Below are positions 6,117 to 16,130 of a stretch of 64,000 nucleotides of DNA, piece by piece. Both the position numbers and the translations under genes were made by a program. Numbering within the stretch: the first letter of the stretch is position 1; every line of letters begins with the position of its first letter. The DNA is taken from positions 17,205 through 81,204 of the forward strand of contig JAUSIK010000002.1 in the NCBI GenBank assembly GCA_030648155.1, written 5' to 3'. The DNA comes from Nanobdellota archaeon (lineage in GTDB: Archaea; Nanobdellota; Nanobdellia; Pacearchaeales; GW2011-AR1). The notes below the pieces were generated by a model. It did not search any database. It was not told where the DNA came from and saw nothing but the letters and a program-made list of their open reading frames with translations.

Positions 6117-8717
6117 ATGGTGAATAAAAAAGAGGGAGAAAGCAGTAATTCCAATCAATTTGTAAAATGGTTTTCTGAATTATCCAATAAAGATGTTCCA
6201 ATCGCAGGCGGTAAAGGGGCTAGTTTAGCTGAGATGTATAATAACAAATTTCCCGTCCCTCCAGGATTTATGATAACTGCACAAGCTTATCAATATTTCA
6301 TCGATAAATCTGGCCTTTTAGAAAAAATTAAACACACATTGCAGAATCTAAATATCGAAGACACAGATTCGTTGAATGAAGCAACAGAAAAAATTAGAGA
6401 ATCAATAAAAGGAGCATCAATGCCTAAAGAACTGGCAGACCAAATTTTAGAGGCTTATGATATTCTCGACGTAGATAAACAAAAAATTAATAATGCTGGG
6501 TATGGAGCACTTGGAATTCTTAAAACAGGCCACGAACCTCCTTTTGTAGCAGTTCGTTCTTCTGCAACAACAGAAGACCTGGCAGATGCAAGTTTTGCCG
6601 GCCAGCAAGATACCTTTCTTAATGTAAAAGGCGGGAGGGAATTGATTGACAAAGTAAAGGCATGTTTTGCTTCTTTATTCACTGCAAGAGCAACATATTA
6701 TCGTCAAAAAAAAGGATTTGCCCACGATAAAGCCTATTTAGCAGTCGTAGTTCAAAGAATGATTGATTCAGAAAAATCAGGAGTTATGTTCTCTCAAAAT
6801 CCTGTTAAGAATGACAACACCATTATAATAGAAGCAGTATGGGGTTTAGGAGAAGGAATAGTTTCTGGGCAGATAAAGCCCGATCATTATGCTGTTGGTG
6901 GTAACCTTGAAAATTTTGATATTAAAGAATCTCAAATTTCAGAGAAAAAAATAGCTATAGTACGAAACTCATCGGGGAATAACGAAACAGTTAAATTAAA
7001 TTCTGAAAGAAGCAAACAGCAGGTATTATCAAATTATGAAATTAAAAGATTGGCTCAATATGGCAAGGAGTTAGAGAACCATTATCAAAAGCCTCAAGAT
7101 ATTGAGTTTGCCATTGAAAGAAATGTAATTTATATAGTTCAATCTAGGCCAATCACAACAAAAGCTTCAGATAAAATACATGTCGATTTAAAAGGCGAAA
7201 TACTACTTTCAGGCTTAGGTGCCTCCCCAGGTGTAGCTTCAGGTGTAGTTAAAATAATTCACTCGATGGCTGACCTTCCTAAAATAAAACCAGGAGATGT
7301 TTTAGTTACAACTATGACAAACCCAGATATGGTTGTAGCAATGGAAAAAGCGTCAGCAATTGTTACTGATGAAGGTGGTCTAACTTCTCATGCATCTATA
7401 GTTTCTCGTGAAATGGGAATTCCAGCGGTAGTTGGTACGGGAGAAGCTACAATCAAACTAAAAGAAGGGCAAGTAATCACAATTGATGGTACCGCAGGAA
7501 AAGTATATAACGGCAAAGCAGAAACTCATCTAGCTGAAATTCTTCCAATAGTTCCAACAAAGACTAAAATAAAAGTCATTGTAGACCTTCCTGATTATGC
7601 AGAGAGAGCAGCAAAATCTCACGCCAAAGGAGTGGGCCTAGTAAGGTTAGAAGGAATAATTGCCTCATCAGGAAAACATCCTCTTAAATTCGTCAAAGAA
7701 AAAAACATGGAAGATTATGTAAATATACTAGTTAATGGCCTAAAAAAAATAGTCGCCCCATTTGAAGAAATTTGGGTAAGAAGTTCCGATATAAGATCTG
7801 ATGAATATAGAAATTTAGAGGGGGCTGTAAAAGAAGTTGAGGGCAACCCCATGCTTGGAGATCATGGAATTAGGTTCACCCTAAAATATCCAGAAATATT
7901 AAAAGCAGAATTAAAAGCAGTAAAATCAATTGCTCATTTAAATCCATCTAAAAAAATTGGATTTATGGTGCCTCAAGTAATTGAGCTTGAAGAATTACAA
8001 GCGACAAAATCTTTTGCCTCGCAAATTCAAATGCCCTCCAATATTAAAATAGGTATTATGGTGGAAACTCCTGCTGCGGTTCAAATTATAGAGTCTCTTT
8101 GCCAAGAAGGAATAGACTTTATTAGTTTTGGAACTAACGATTTAACTCAATATACATTAGCGTTAGATAGAAACAATAAAGATGTCCAGCATCTCTATAA
8201 TGAAATGAATCCAGCTGTGTTAAGTTCCATTGCCCATGTTATTAAAGTTTGCAAGAAATACAATGTAGAAACAAGTATATGCGGACAGGCAGCCAGCAGG
8301 GAAGAAATGGCACGCTTCCTTATCACACAAGGTATAAGCAGTTTATCTGTAAATGCAGATGCAGCATTTAAAATAAGTGAATTAGTTGCCAAATTGGAAT
8401 CCTCCCCTATTCAAGTGGAAAATATAGTTGAAAATCCAATAGAAAAAGAAGTTCTAAAAGAAGAAATGATTGAAGTTCCAATGCATGAACCTATTGCAGT
8501 AACTGCTTTTAAAACAGAAACTACTGATATTGAAGAGCTAGCTCTCCAAGAACTAGGGGATGAATATATGCCTGGCAATGTTGAATCTTCAAATGAAATA
8601 CCTGATTTAAATGATGCAATACCTATTGATTCAGAACTTCTTCAGCAGAAAGAAGAAAAAATAGAAGACCCTGGCCTTTCTCAAGATAAAGAGTGGCACG
8701 GCGAGGCCAACCCTTAA
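6117..8717 (+). CDS. ppsA: Phosphoenolpyruvate synthase (pyruvate, water dikinase) with acidic C-terminal extension
   Basis: 866 aa. N-terminal ATP-grasp-type region (VPIAGGKGASLAEM). Swivel domain with phospho-His motif GGLTSHASIVSREMGIPAVVG. C-terminal PEP-utiliser barrel (ISFGTNDLTQYTLALDRNN, CGQAAS). An extra ~100-aa Glu/Asp-rich tail follows. Confidence 0.85.
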   Translation: MVNKKEGESSNSNQFVKWFSELSNKDVPIAGGKGASLAEMYNNKFPVPPGFMITAQAYQYFIDKSGLLEKIKHTLQNLNIEDTDSLNEATEKIRESIKGASMPKELADQILEAYDILDVDKQKINNAGYGALGILKTGHEPPFVAVRSSATTEDLADASFAGQQDTFLNVKGGRELIDKVKACFASLFTARATYYRQKKGFAHDKAYLAVVVQRMIDSEKSGVMFSQNPVKNDNTIIIEAVWGLGEGIVSGQIKPDHYAVGGNLENFDIKESQISEKKIAIVRNSSGNNETVKLNSERSKQQVLSNYEIKRLAQYGKELENHYQKPQDIEFAIERNVIYIVQSRPITTKASDKIHVDLKGEILLSGLGASPGVASGVVKIIHSMADLPKIKPGDVLVTTMTNPDMVVAMEKASAIVTDEGGLTSHASIVSREMGIPAVVGTGEATIKLKEGQVITIDGTAGKVYNGKAETHLAEILPIVPTKTKIKVIVDLPDYAERAAKSHAKGVGLVRLEGIIASSGKHPLKFVKEKNMEDYVNILVNGLKKIVAPFEEIWVRSSDIRSDEYRNLEGAVKEVEGNPMLGDHGIRFTLKYPEILKAELKAVKSIAHLNPSKKIGFMVPQVIELEELQATKSFASQIQMPSNIKIGIMVETPAAVQIIESLCQEGIDFISFGTNDLTQYTLALDRNNKDVQHLYNEMNPAVLSSIAHVIKVCKKYNVETSICGQAASREEMARFLITQGISSLSVNADAAFKISELVAKLESSPIQVENIVENPIEKEVLKEEMIEVPMHEPIAVTAFKTETTDIEELALQELGDEYMPGNVESSNEIPDLNDAIPIDSELLQQKEEKIEDPGLSQDKEWHGEANP

Positions 8718-8757
8718 TAAGCTTATTTTGTTACTTCTCCATAGGCACAACAAACCG

Positions 8758-8771
8758 AAAAGTTTAAATAC
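8758..8771 (+). promoter_or_regulatory. TATA-like box of 8792 gene
   Basis: aaagtttaaatac is centred ~27 nt upstream of ATG 8792. Confidence 0.5.
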
Positions 8772-8791
8772 TGCATATCACTGCATAAAGT

Positions 8792-9589
8792 ATGACAAAT
8801 TTAGAGGACTTCATAAAGTTTACAAAGGAAGAGGAAGAAATCTCAAGACTAGTTGAAACTAAGCAAAAAGATTCAAGAGCAAGTGAAAAAGACAAGGCAG
8901 ACAAAGAATTAAGAAAAAGAGCATATGAAACATTGAAAGATATTGGCGAGCCAGGAATTGATTTTAGGACCGAAACAGCAGATACTATTAGTCCAAACTT
9001 TGTTCAAAAAGGAATACAAATTAGAACAACTCTAAATAGTGAAGATTCAGGACGAGTGTTTAAAGATAATACTGAAGACATTCTTAATACTATAAATCAA
9101 AACTCATTAGAAGAAATAGCTCTTGCAGAACCTATCTCTAAAAAAGGCGAAAAAGGGTATGATGAAGTATTATCGTTATATCAAGATTATCTTGGGAGAA
9201 AGAAATTAGTCGAAAGATATGAAAAAGGGCAAGTTAATGATCCAAGAGAATTACAGATAATTAGATCAGGTGGTGCCAAAAAGGCTGAAAATGAAATTAG
9301 AGAAAAACTAAAGAACAAAGGATATAGTAAAGATGCTCAGAATATGGCTGCAGATCTAGCAGAACTAGCAGCTAGAGAAGGATATATCAACGATAGATAT
9401 GTAAAAGAAGGAGCTGGGGAAATAGTTAAGGAAGCTGAAAAGAAATTAAGGGATTATGAAACCAGCAAAGATAAAAAAGTGATAGACTATGTTAAAGCCT
9501 CTGTAAAGAATCTAGCAAAAGGATCAACTGAAGAGTTTGAAACTGCAAGAGGATTAATCTATCAAGTAGAAACTAAAAAAGCCGCTTAA
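8792..9589 (+). CDS. Hypothetical protein, Lys/Glu-rich helical
   Basis: 265-aa ORF with its own TATA box at the canonical distance. No family recognised. Confidence 0.6.
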   Translation: MTNLEDFIKFTKEEEEISRLVETKQKDSRASEKDKADKELRKRAYETLKDIGEPGIDFRTETADTISPNFVQKGIQIRTTLNSEDSGRVFKDNTEDILNTINQNSLEEIALAEPISKKGEKGYDEVLSLYQDYLGRKKLVERYEKGQVNDPRELQIIRSGGAKKAENEIREKLKNKGYSKDAQNMAADLAELAAREGYINDRYVKEGAGEIVKEAEKKLRDYETSKDKKVIDYVKASVKNLAKGSTEEFETARGLIYQVETKKAA

Positions 9590-9593
9590 TTTT

Positions 9594-10460
9594 TTATTTT
9601 TTCATTTCCAAAATTTGATCAATAATCTTTGTCATTTCCATCAAAAACTTTTCAGCAATGTCCTGCCATTTGTCAATATCTTCACCCTTAATTTCATGTA
9701 TTTCTCTATGGGTAATTCCTTTATGCAGGACATAAATATCTCTAAGTAGCCTAACATTTTCAATCTTAGTCATTCCTTTATCAACAAATTCTATCTTTAA
9801 CATTTTAGGAACATGTTCAGGGCTTGGAGGCAATGCACCCGCAGTAATTAACGCAGCCTGTGCAGCCTCAATCATTGTCCAATAAACTCCCTCGATAGAG
9901 CTTAAAATAGCAAGTTTGCTTCTTCCTAAATGTATTGGCGCTCTTTGCAATGCATTATAAACTGCTTCAGGAGTAGACCTTATTCTTCCTTGTATCAATA
10001 AAGATTTTAATGGGTTGAAAAATCCTCCGTAATCAATCAGTACCTCTCCATATCTTAATATATTTAGTACAACAGGATCGCCCTGCATTAAGTCCTGCCA
10101 CCACGTTGTTAACTTGATTGTATTAATATGCAATTCCCTAGGGTATCTTTGTGATGACATTAATTTTCCTAATTCTTCTCGGTACCACGCGATTAATTCC
10201 AAATCCCAATTAACAGCAGCATCGTCAATAATAAAAATAACATCAACATCAGATCCAGGTTTAGAATCATTTGTCGCTTGTGATCCAAACAAAACAGAAG
10301 CTTTAATCAGCCTGTCAAATTTTTTCTGCGCCTTTTCAGCAAAATCCATGGCTATTTCTTTATTATCAATAAGTTTTCTCTCTTGGAGAGGAAGAACTTT
10401 TACATCTTGTTCTTTTTTCTCTTCTCTCTTTTCAACTTTCTTCACCTTCTTCTTTGCCAT
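9594..10460 (-). CDS. Fused minimal nucleotidyltransferase + HEPN-like protein
   Basis: The N-terminal half carries GSQATN-x6-SDVDVIFIIDD (MNT GS...DxD motif). The C-terminal helical half carries RDIYVLH (R-x5-H, compatible with HEPN Rx4-6H). TATA gatttaaatag lies upstream on the minus strand. Confidence 0.6.
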   Translation of the reverse strand: MAKKKVKKVEKREEKKEQDVKVLPLQERKLIDNKEIAMDFAEKAQKKFDRLIKASVLFGSQATNDSKPGSDVDVIFIIDDAAVNWDLELIAWYREELGKLMSSQRYPRELHINTIKLTTWWQDLMQGDPVVLNILRYGEVLIDYGGFFNPLKSLLIQGRIRSTPEAVYNALQRAPIHLGRSKLAILSSIEGVYWTMIEAAQAALITAGALPPSPEHVPKMLKIEFVDKGMTKIENVRLLRDIYVLHKGITHREIHEIKGEDIDKWQDIAEKFLMEMTKIIDQILEMKK

Positions 10461-10539
10461 AATATATATTAAAGTATATATGTCTATTTAAATCTTTTAA
10501 TGCCTTTCCCCAATATCTTTTTTGCTTTATTTAATAATT

Positions 10540-12402
10540 TTATTCAATAGGTGCCCCAGATGTCCTGCTTCTTCCAGCCATCTGTCCGCCTAATTCTAAT
10601 GGTAAATTGGAAAAACCAGCTCCGTAAAGGGAATGATGGAAGTCGGGATTAATATTACCATGCCCAGAGAAATAACCAGGGGTAATTGCACTCGCTTGAT
10701 TCCAATATGGGCCACCAGCGCCATAGGCCGAAGCTCCAAAACTTGATAACGTCTCACGAACAGGAGTTTTCTGATTCAGTCCACTCTGACTTAGCCAATC
10801 TCCAGTTTCAGCAATTTTTTTAACTTTTTTATTATATTGATGAATTAAATCAAGCATTTGTTTAGTTGGTACGTTTCCCATTCCCATAGGAAGTTCAGTA
10901 TGGCTAAGTCCAAAATTATCAGACAAGTGAACGTGCTTAACTAAAGGGGCTATTGTTTTAGTCTGTTCGATTATTTGCTTTTCACTATAACCTTTTCCTC
11001 TAAGCATGTTAATATGCCCCACATCCCAAGTAACTCCTATAAGTTTATTGGCCTGTTCTTCAGCACTATGTTTAGACATGCCCATTTCTTTCATCGCTTT
11101 ATCTGTAAACATTTTTCTAGATTGTTCTACAATATCCCTTAAATCTTCAGCAGTATGCAATCCATCTCCAGCTGGAGGATTTTCAATACTAATAATCGGG
11201 GCATTATTTTTATATTCCTTAAATGCTGAAAATGCAGTATTCGAAAAACTGGTTGACGCTTTTTCTATTGCCCATTCTCTTAATGGTCTAATTGTCTTGG
11301 GTGTCTCTATACCACGTAAAACATTAATTCCTCTAACTACCTCATCAGAAAGAATCTCTACTTTAGAAGGATCTTTTTCTATTTGACTTATTTTGGGAGC
11401 AATTTCATCTCTAAATTTTTCCAATTTTTTGATATCCTCTTTATTTTCGTTTTTTAAAGCAGTTTTATAGGCATTATTAAACAAGTTTTGAAATCCTAAA
11501 TAAGCATCTCTTAAATAAATATCTCCTTGAGTAATATTACTTAATTCTCTATTAAGCCATTTCTTAGTTTCAGGTTCAAGTTCTTTAATAACTGGATGCT
11601 CTTCCCCTTTTGCAAATTTTTTATATATTTCAAGTAATTCACTTTTTTTATTGTCCTCTTTATCTTTAAATGTTTCTTCGATTATCCTTTCCCCTTGCCT
11701 TGCCTGAAATGTGATTTGCTGTAATTGTCTAAGCCACTGTTCTGTATTCTGCTTTTCAATTACATCTTTAGGATTAATATCTTTTTTTTCTTCTTTTTTT
11801 AAATAGTTGGTTTCTTGAGAAATAGGTTGAAATTGCCCGCTTTCTTCGTTGATTGCCCAAAAACTTTTAACTTCCCTTTTTCCCTTATCATCGATCGTAT
11901 ATGTTTCAGGCTCCATTAAACCGTTGCTTGCATGAAAAGTAACGACTAAATTCCCTTTAGGATCTAATGCATGAGCTCTTCTTACAGTGCTTATCATTTC
12001 CCGTTCAACTCTTTCCCTATCCTGTTCACTCCATCCTTGTTTACCTTGGAATCCTGTAACTTCAACTAAAGGAGCATGAAAAGTCAGATCAATTCCAGTT
12101 AACTTTTTTAACCTTTCAACCTCTTTAAATTGCTGTTTAGGAATCATATCCATTCCATGTATTCCTATTCCTCCCTGCCCTATATTAAACCCAGATACCT
12201 CAATTGTCTTAATACCCGTAGAAATTCTGTCTGAAACATTTTTCAGCATGTTAGATCCTATTGGATTAGAAGGAACGCCAAATTCGTTTGCTGAAGATCT
12301 ATAATCAAATCCCAAAAAACTCTCCCCATAGTTTTCTTTTATTCCATAAACTGGGTCAAAATCAAATCCCTTTTTATATGGGTTTTCACTTGCGTCTGCC
12401 AT
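10540..12402 (-). CDS. Xylose-isomerase-like/AP-endonuclease-2-type TIM-barrel protein with ~200-aa charged insertion (tentative)
   Basis: 620 aa. Blocks TFHAPL, VTFHAS, WDVGHINM and HVHLSDN resemble metal-ligand strands of this barrel family. They are split by a Lys/Glu-rich insert. A Gly/aromatic-rich C-terminal tail follows. Confidence 0.5.
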   Translation of the reverse strand: MADASENPYKKGFDFDPVYGIKENYGESFLGFDYRSSANEFGVPSNPIGSNMLKNVSDRISTGIKTIEVSGFNIGQGGIGIHGMDMIPKQQFKEVERLKKLTGIDLTFHAPLVEVTGFQGKQGWSEQDRERVEREMISTVRRAHALDPKGNLVVTFHASNGLMEPETYTIDDKGKREVKSFWAINEESGQFQPISQETNYLKKEEKKDINPKDVIEKQNTEQWLRQLQQITFQARQGERIIEETFKDKEDNKKSELLEIYKKFAKGEEHPVIKELEPETKKWLNRELSNITQGDIYLRDAYLGFQNLFNNAYKTALKNENKEDIKKLEKFRDEIAPKISQIEKDPSKVEILSDEVVRGINVLRGIETPKTIRPLREWAIEKASTSFSNTAFSAFKEYKNNAPIISIENPPAGDGLHTAEDLRDIVEQSRKMFTDKAMKEMGMSKHSAEEQANKLIGVTWDVGHINMLRGKGYSEKQIIEQTKTIAPLVKHVHLSDNFGLSHTELPMGMGNVPTKQMLDLIHQYNKKVKKIAETGDWLSQSGLNQKTPVRETLSSFGASAYGAGGPYWNQASAITPGYFSGHGNINPDFHHSLYGAGFSNLPLELGGQMAGRSRTSGAPIE

Positions 12403-12433
12403 TATAACCTGAAAGAAACCGATTTATATAAAT

Positions 12434-12667
12434 CTATCCTCTTAAAGAGTATTTGCATTCCTTGCTTTGGTGATTTAATGCTCTAATAGCAGATTCCACT
12501 TGTGCCTTTGATTCAAACCCAGCCCTAACCTCAAAATAACCCTCTCTTTCTTCAATCTTCACATTTCCTAATGCATTTTCAATTTCTGATCTAATTTCAA
12601 GGTTTATTTCAGGATTGTCCAAAATTGAATTCTTAGGAGTTGCCCTAACTGTATAAAATATATTCAT
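12434..12667 (-). CDS. Hypothetical small protein (77 aa)
   Basis: ORF only; 31 nt downstream of the 10540..12402 gene start region. No family recognised. Confidence 0.45.
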   Translation of the reverse strand: MNIFYTVRATPKNSILDNPEINLEIRSEIENALGNVKIEEREGYFEVRAGFESKAQVESAIRALNHQSKECKYSLRG

Positions 12668-12727
12668 ATATTTCTTATAAAAACATTCTTTTTAAATATT
12701 CCCCCATTATTATACTCCGTTTGTAAT

Positions 12728-12848
12728 TCAATCCCTGCTAAGATTCCTCATCATATTTTTATAATCTATATTAATAATTAGATTTTAAGTATTTTTACAT
12801 ATATTTTCACATTTTTAAAAAAATTAAGTTAAGAGTTTTCCTTTACAC
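12728..12848 (+). repeat. Intergenic repeat family, copy B
   Basis: tcaatccctgcta...ttaataatt...tttttacatatatttt.cacatttttaaaaaaattaagttaagagttttcctttacac aligns with copy D. The MYG1-like gene's TATA box follows it. Confidence 0.7.
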
Positions 12849-12858
12849 AAATAAAGAT

Positions 12859-12871
12859 AAGGTTAAAAACC
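12859..12871 (+). promoter_or_regulatory. TATA-like box of MYG1-like gene
   Basis: aaggttaaaaacc is centred ~26 nt upstream of ATG 12891. Confidence 0.5.
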
Positions 12872-12890
12872 ATCTTAATTAAATAAAACT

Positions 12891-13772
12891 ATGAAGACTA
12901 TTGAAAAAATTGCCGTCCATGAGGGGATATTTCATGCAGATGATGTTTTTGCGGTTGCAATATTAAAATTAATTTATCCATCTGCAAAAATTATTAGAAC
13001 AAGAAATGAAAAGATTCTAAAAAAATCAGACATTCGAGTAGATGTAGGGCGAAATTACGATCATGAAAATGGAAATTTTGACCATCATCAACAAGGAGGT
13101 GCAGGCGAAAGAGAAAATAAAATTCCCTATGCATCAGCAGGATTAATCTGGAAGCATTATGGAATGAAATTAGTAAGTTCAGAAGAAGTCTGGAACAACA
13201 TAGACAAAAAAATTATTCAATTTATAGACGCACACGATGTAGGCCTTAAAACTTTCACTTCAGAAAAAACAGAACCCTACACAATTTCACATTTAATTAG
13301 CGGGTTTAATCCTCCATGGCCAAACATTAGTCCTAAACTTTTTAACACTAGTTTTAAAGAAGCAGTTTCTTTTATTCAAAAACTTTTAAAAAAAGAAATT
13401 GAAAGGGAGGAAGGTGTTTTAGATGCCGTTAAAATTATTAGAGAAAAAATAAAAGAAACAAAAGAAGAATATTTGGTGCTAGACACATATATTCCGTGGA
13501 AAGAAATTATTGTTAACGAATCAAATTTAAAATTCATAATTTATCAAGATAGTCTTGATAAAAATTGGCTTGGTTTAGCAGTTCCTATAGAAATAGGAAA
13601 GTTTGAAAATAGAAAAGACTTTCCAAAAGAATGGGCTGGGTTAGCTGATGAAGAACTAGAAAAAGTTTCAGGTGTAATCGGGGCAAAATTTTGCCATAAT
13701 AAACTATTTATTGTTGTAGCAAAAACCAAACAAGGGGCAATTAACCTTGTAGAATTAGCATTAAAAAGTTAA
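12891..13772 (+). CDS. MYG1/UPF0160 family metal-dependent hydrolase (DHH-type)
   Basis: HEGIFHADDVFAVAIL near the N-terminus and NFDHHQ are the two hallmark MYG1 motifs. Length of 293 aa is typical. Confidence 0.8.
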   Translation: MKTIEKIAVHEGIFHADDVFAVAILKLIYPSAKIIRTRNEKILKKSDIRVDVGRNYDHENGNFDHHQQGGAGERENKIPYASAGLIWKHYGMKLVSSEEVWNNIDKKIIQFIDAHDVGLKTFTSEKTEPYTISHLISGFNPPWPNISPKLFNTSFKEAVSFIQKLLKKEIEREEGVLDAVKIIREKIKETKEEYLVLDTYIPWKEIIVNESNLKFIIYQDSLDKNWLGLAVPIEIGKFENRKDFPKEWAGLADEELEKVSGVIGAKFCHNKLFIVVAKTKQGAINLVELALKS

Positions 13773-14344
13773 ACTTCCCAAGGATATCTTCTTTTCTTTT
13801 GCTGACCATGTTGGGATTCATACCTATTATCTCTTACTCCAGCTTCAACAGACCTGCTCTGTTCAATGGATTCACCTCTGGCAATATCTCTTCTTTCAAC
13901 AATTGGCCTTCTATCGGCAAAAACATCCTGATTTGGAGCATTTGTAATTGTAGAAGTTCCACCACCTGCAGAATAATAGGCAGATTCATAGCTTCTCGCT
14001 GTTGTTTCTTGTGCCCTTGTCCTATATCCTCTTTCTCTCACTGCTTGTTCTCTTTCGAATTCTTGCCTTTCTCTATTAGCTTCAATTAATTCCCCTCTTC
14101 TCTCTTCAACTGTATTAATTTCAAGAGCAGGGGAAGGGCCTTTAAATCCTTCAACAACGGCCATATTACTAGTCTCCCCTATAACTTCTCCAGCTTTTCC
14201 CCTTCCAACTTCTTTAGCATCTTTTTCTAAGTCAGATTCATCCCTATCCTTTTCAGTAATAATTTTCATTTTAGGCTTTACTTCTTTCAGTACCTTTATC
14301 TCGCTTCTTTCTTCTTCTTTGATTTTTTTCCTTTCTTTCTTCAT
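13769..14344 (-). CDS. Hypothetical protein, highly charged/low-complexity (Arg/Glu-rich)
   Basis: 191-aa ORF whose 3' end overlaps the 3' end of the MYG1-like gene by 4 nt (convergent). Likely disordered; no family recognised. Confidence 0.5.
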   Translation of the reverse strand: MKKERKKIKEEERSEIKVLKEVKPKMKIITEKDRDESDLEKDAKEVGRGKAGEVIGETSNMAVVEGFKGPSPALEINTVEERRGELIEANRERQEFEREQAVRERGYRTRAQETTARSYESAYYSAGGGTSTITNAPNQDVFADRRPIVERRDIARGESIEQSRSVEAGVRDNRYESQHGQQKKRRYPWEV

Positions 14345-14399
14345 AATATATTTAAGATTATTTACTATATATAGTCAACTATCCTGTTAAATTCAGTTC

Positions 14400-14532
14400 A
14401 TAACTTAACACCTCTATGGCCTAATTATATACCATCAGCAATATATTATAAATAATTTGAGTTCAAATAACAATTTTGATTGTTTTTACATACATATTTT
14501 TGATTTTAATAAATATAAAAAAGTTAACAGTC
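14400..14532 (+). repeat. Intergenic repeat family, copy C
   Basis: acttaacacc...ataccatcagcaatatattataaataatttgag...tttttacatacatatttttgattttaat... has the same orientation as the other copies, although both flanking genes are on the minus strand. Confidence 0.65.
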
Positions 14533-14559
14533 TTTTTTCAAATCTTCCTATCAATTACC

Positions 14560-16059
14560 CTAATAAAAGCTAGGCATATCAATAGTATCTTTATAAGAAT
14601 TGTATAGTTTTCTACAGCCAGCCCTAGCATACAATATTGTCTGATTTCTAATTATTTTTTCCATTTGAGTGTCCTTAGGAATTTCTTCTTTGTCTTTCTT
14701 TTCGGGTTTGAAAATTGAAAACAATGCAGTAAATGGGTTTACATCATCGGAACTTTTTTTGTCTTTCTTTTCATCTTTTTTATCATCCATAAATTCGTCT
14801 AAGTCCACCTGTATTTTAGCTAAACTGTCATCAGTAGTACCCTCAATCATTTTCATTAAATCTCCAAGGTCATCTTTTTCTAATTCTTTTTTCATGACTT
14901 TTACTTCATCATCTGTTAACGCATAGCTTGTAAAATCAATATCAACTCTTCCTCGGAACCCATATCCCCCTCCTTGAGAAAGTCTTTCAGGAACTGATCT
15001 ATATTTAAGCTCTACAAGTGCAATTGTATTGAAAACTTTTTTGAACTTGTTTCTATAATAGGGGGGCAATGCACCAGCAGCAATATCATCATCCATCTTA
15101 TATGCCCTCTTCCCCATCAATGTAAGTTCCATTAAAGTAGTGTTAAATGTATTCACTAAAGCAGATGTTGGGCTGGCCCTTTGTTCTAATGCCTGCGCCG
15201 CTTTCAAATAGGGTTTTATCCATCGGGCATATAATCTTACAGAATTAACTTGGTTTTTTAAGTATAATTTTTCTATTTCAAATCTTTTTCTTAGTTCTCT
15301 TTCAGACTCTTCAATCCACTTAAAAAATTCAGCTAATCTTTGTTCTAAAATTCTTTTTACCCTATCGTTTAAATCCAAATCTTTTACTCTATCTAATGAA
15401 TCAGCAACCATGAATGCATCAATCAGAGTAACATAATCAAACTGCTGTGCTAGTCCTTTAATGCTAGTTGTTCCTCTCTTAATTGCATCAACCTGGTCCA
15501 GCCATATTTGTTTTAAAGATAGTACCGCCGCGTTTTTTCTTGATTTATCATTTGATTTTAAATCATCATATAAGGATAATCTAATTTTAAATTCTTTTAA
15601 ATCGTAAACTATATTCAATATAGACTTAATAATAGTCCCAGAAGTCTGCATCATCTTCATTGCCTCTTCCTGCATTCTTGTTGCCCTCCCCCCCATTTCA
15701 GAAAACTGCGATGATCCGGGCGAAGTTACAAAGTTATCAAGTAATTTTTCAGAATTTTTATATTCCTTATTTATATAATCAACAAGCCAAAAATATATCG
15801 GTTCTAATGCCTGTGAAAAATTGTCGTAAGCCAAGCTATGTTTTTCTATTGGGTTTTTAATTCCCAGCATATGATATGGATTGTTAACATAAGCGACTTG
15901 ACTTAAATCAATAAAAGTAGTTTTTCTCGGTTTAGCTTTTTCAGCAGCAGCTAAATATCCTTTTTCTTTAGCTATTTTTTTAACTTCTTCTTTTAATTCA
16001 AGATCGCAGTATAAGTCAGGATTTATAGCTGCAATTAAGTTATGTATGTTTACTGCCAT
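14560..16059 (-). CDS. Hypothetical 499-aa protein (helical/coiled-coil-rich, acidic Lys/Asp tail)
   Basis: Track ORF 14560..16116 trimmed to ATG 16059 (MAVNIHN...), which lies behind AT-rich TATA-like boxes (rc of 16075-16105). No family recognised. Confidence 0.6.
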   Translation of the reverse strand: MAVNIHNLIAAINPDLYCDLELKEEVKKIAKEKGYLAAAEKAKPRKTTFIDLSQVAYVNNPYHMLGIKNPIEKHSLAYDNFSQALEPIYFWLVDYINKEYKNSEKLLDNFVTSPGSSQFSEMGGRATRMQEEAMKMMQTSGTIIKSILNIVYDLKEFKIRLSLYDDLKSNDKSRKNAAVLSLKQIWLDQVDAIKRGTTSIKGLAQQFDYVTLIDAFMVADSLDRVKDLDLNDRVKRILEQRLAEFFKWIEESERELRKRFEIEKLYLKNQVNSVRLYARWIKPYLKAAQALEQRASPTSALVNTFNTTLMELTLMGKRAYKMDDDIAAGALPPYYRNKFKKVFNTIALVELKYRSVPERLSQGGGYGFRGRVDIDFTSYALTDDEVKVMKKELEKDDLGDLMKMIEGTTDDSLAKIQVDLDEFMDDKKDEKKDKKSSDDVNPFTALFSIFKPEKKDKEEIPKDTQMEKIIRNQTILYARAGCRKLYNSYKDTIDMPSFY

Positions 16060-16130
16060 CTTCTCTTTTATGTATAATATTATATTAAAACCTTTATTTA
16101 AACTTTGACAAATCAATTATCAAATAGTAA

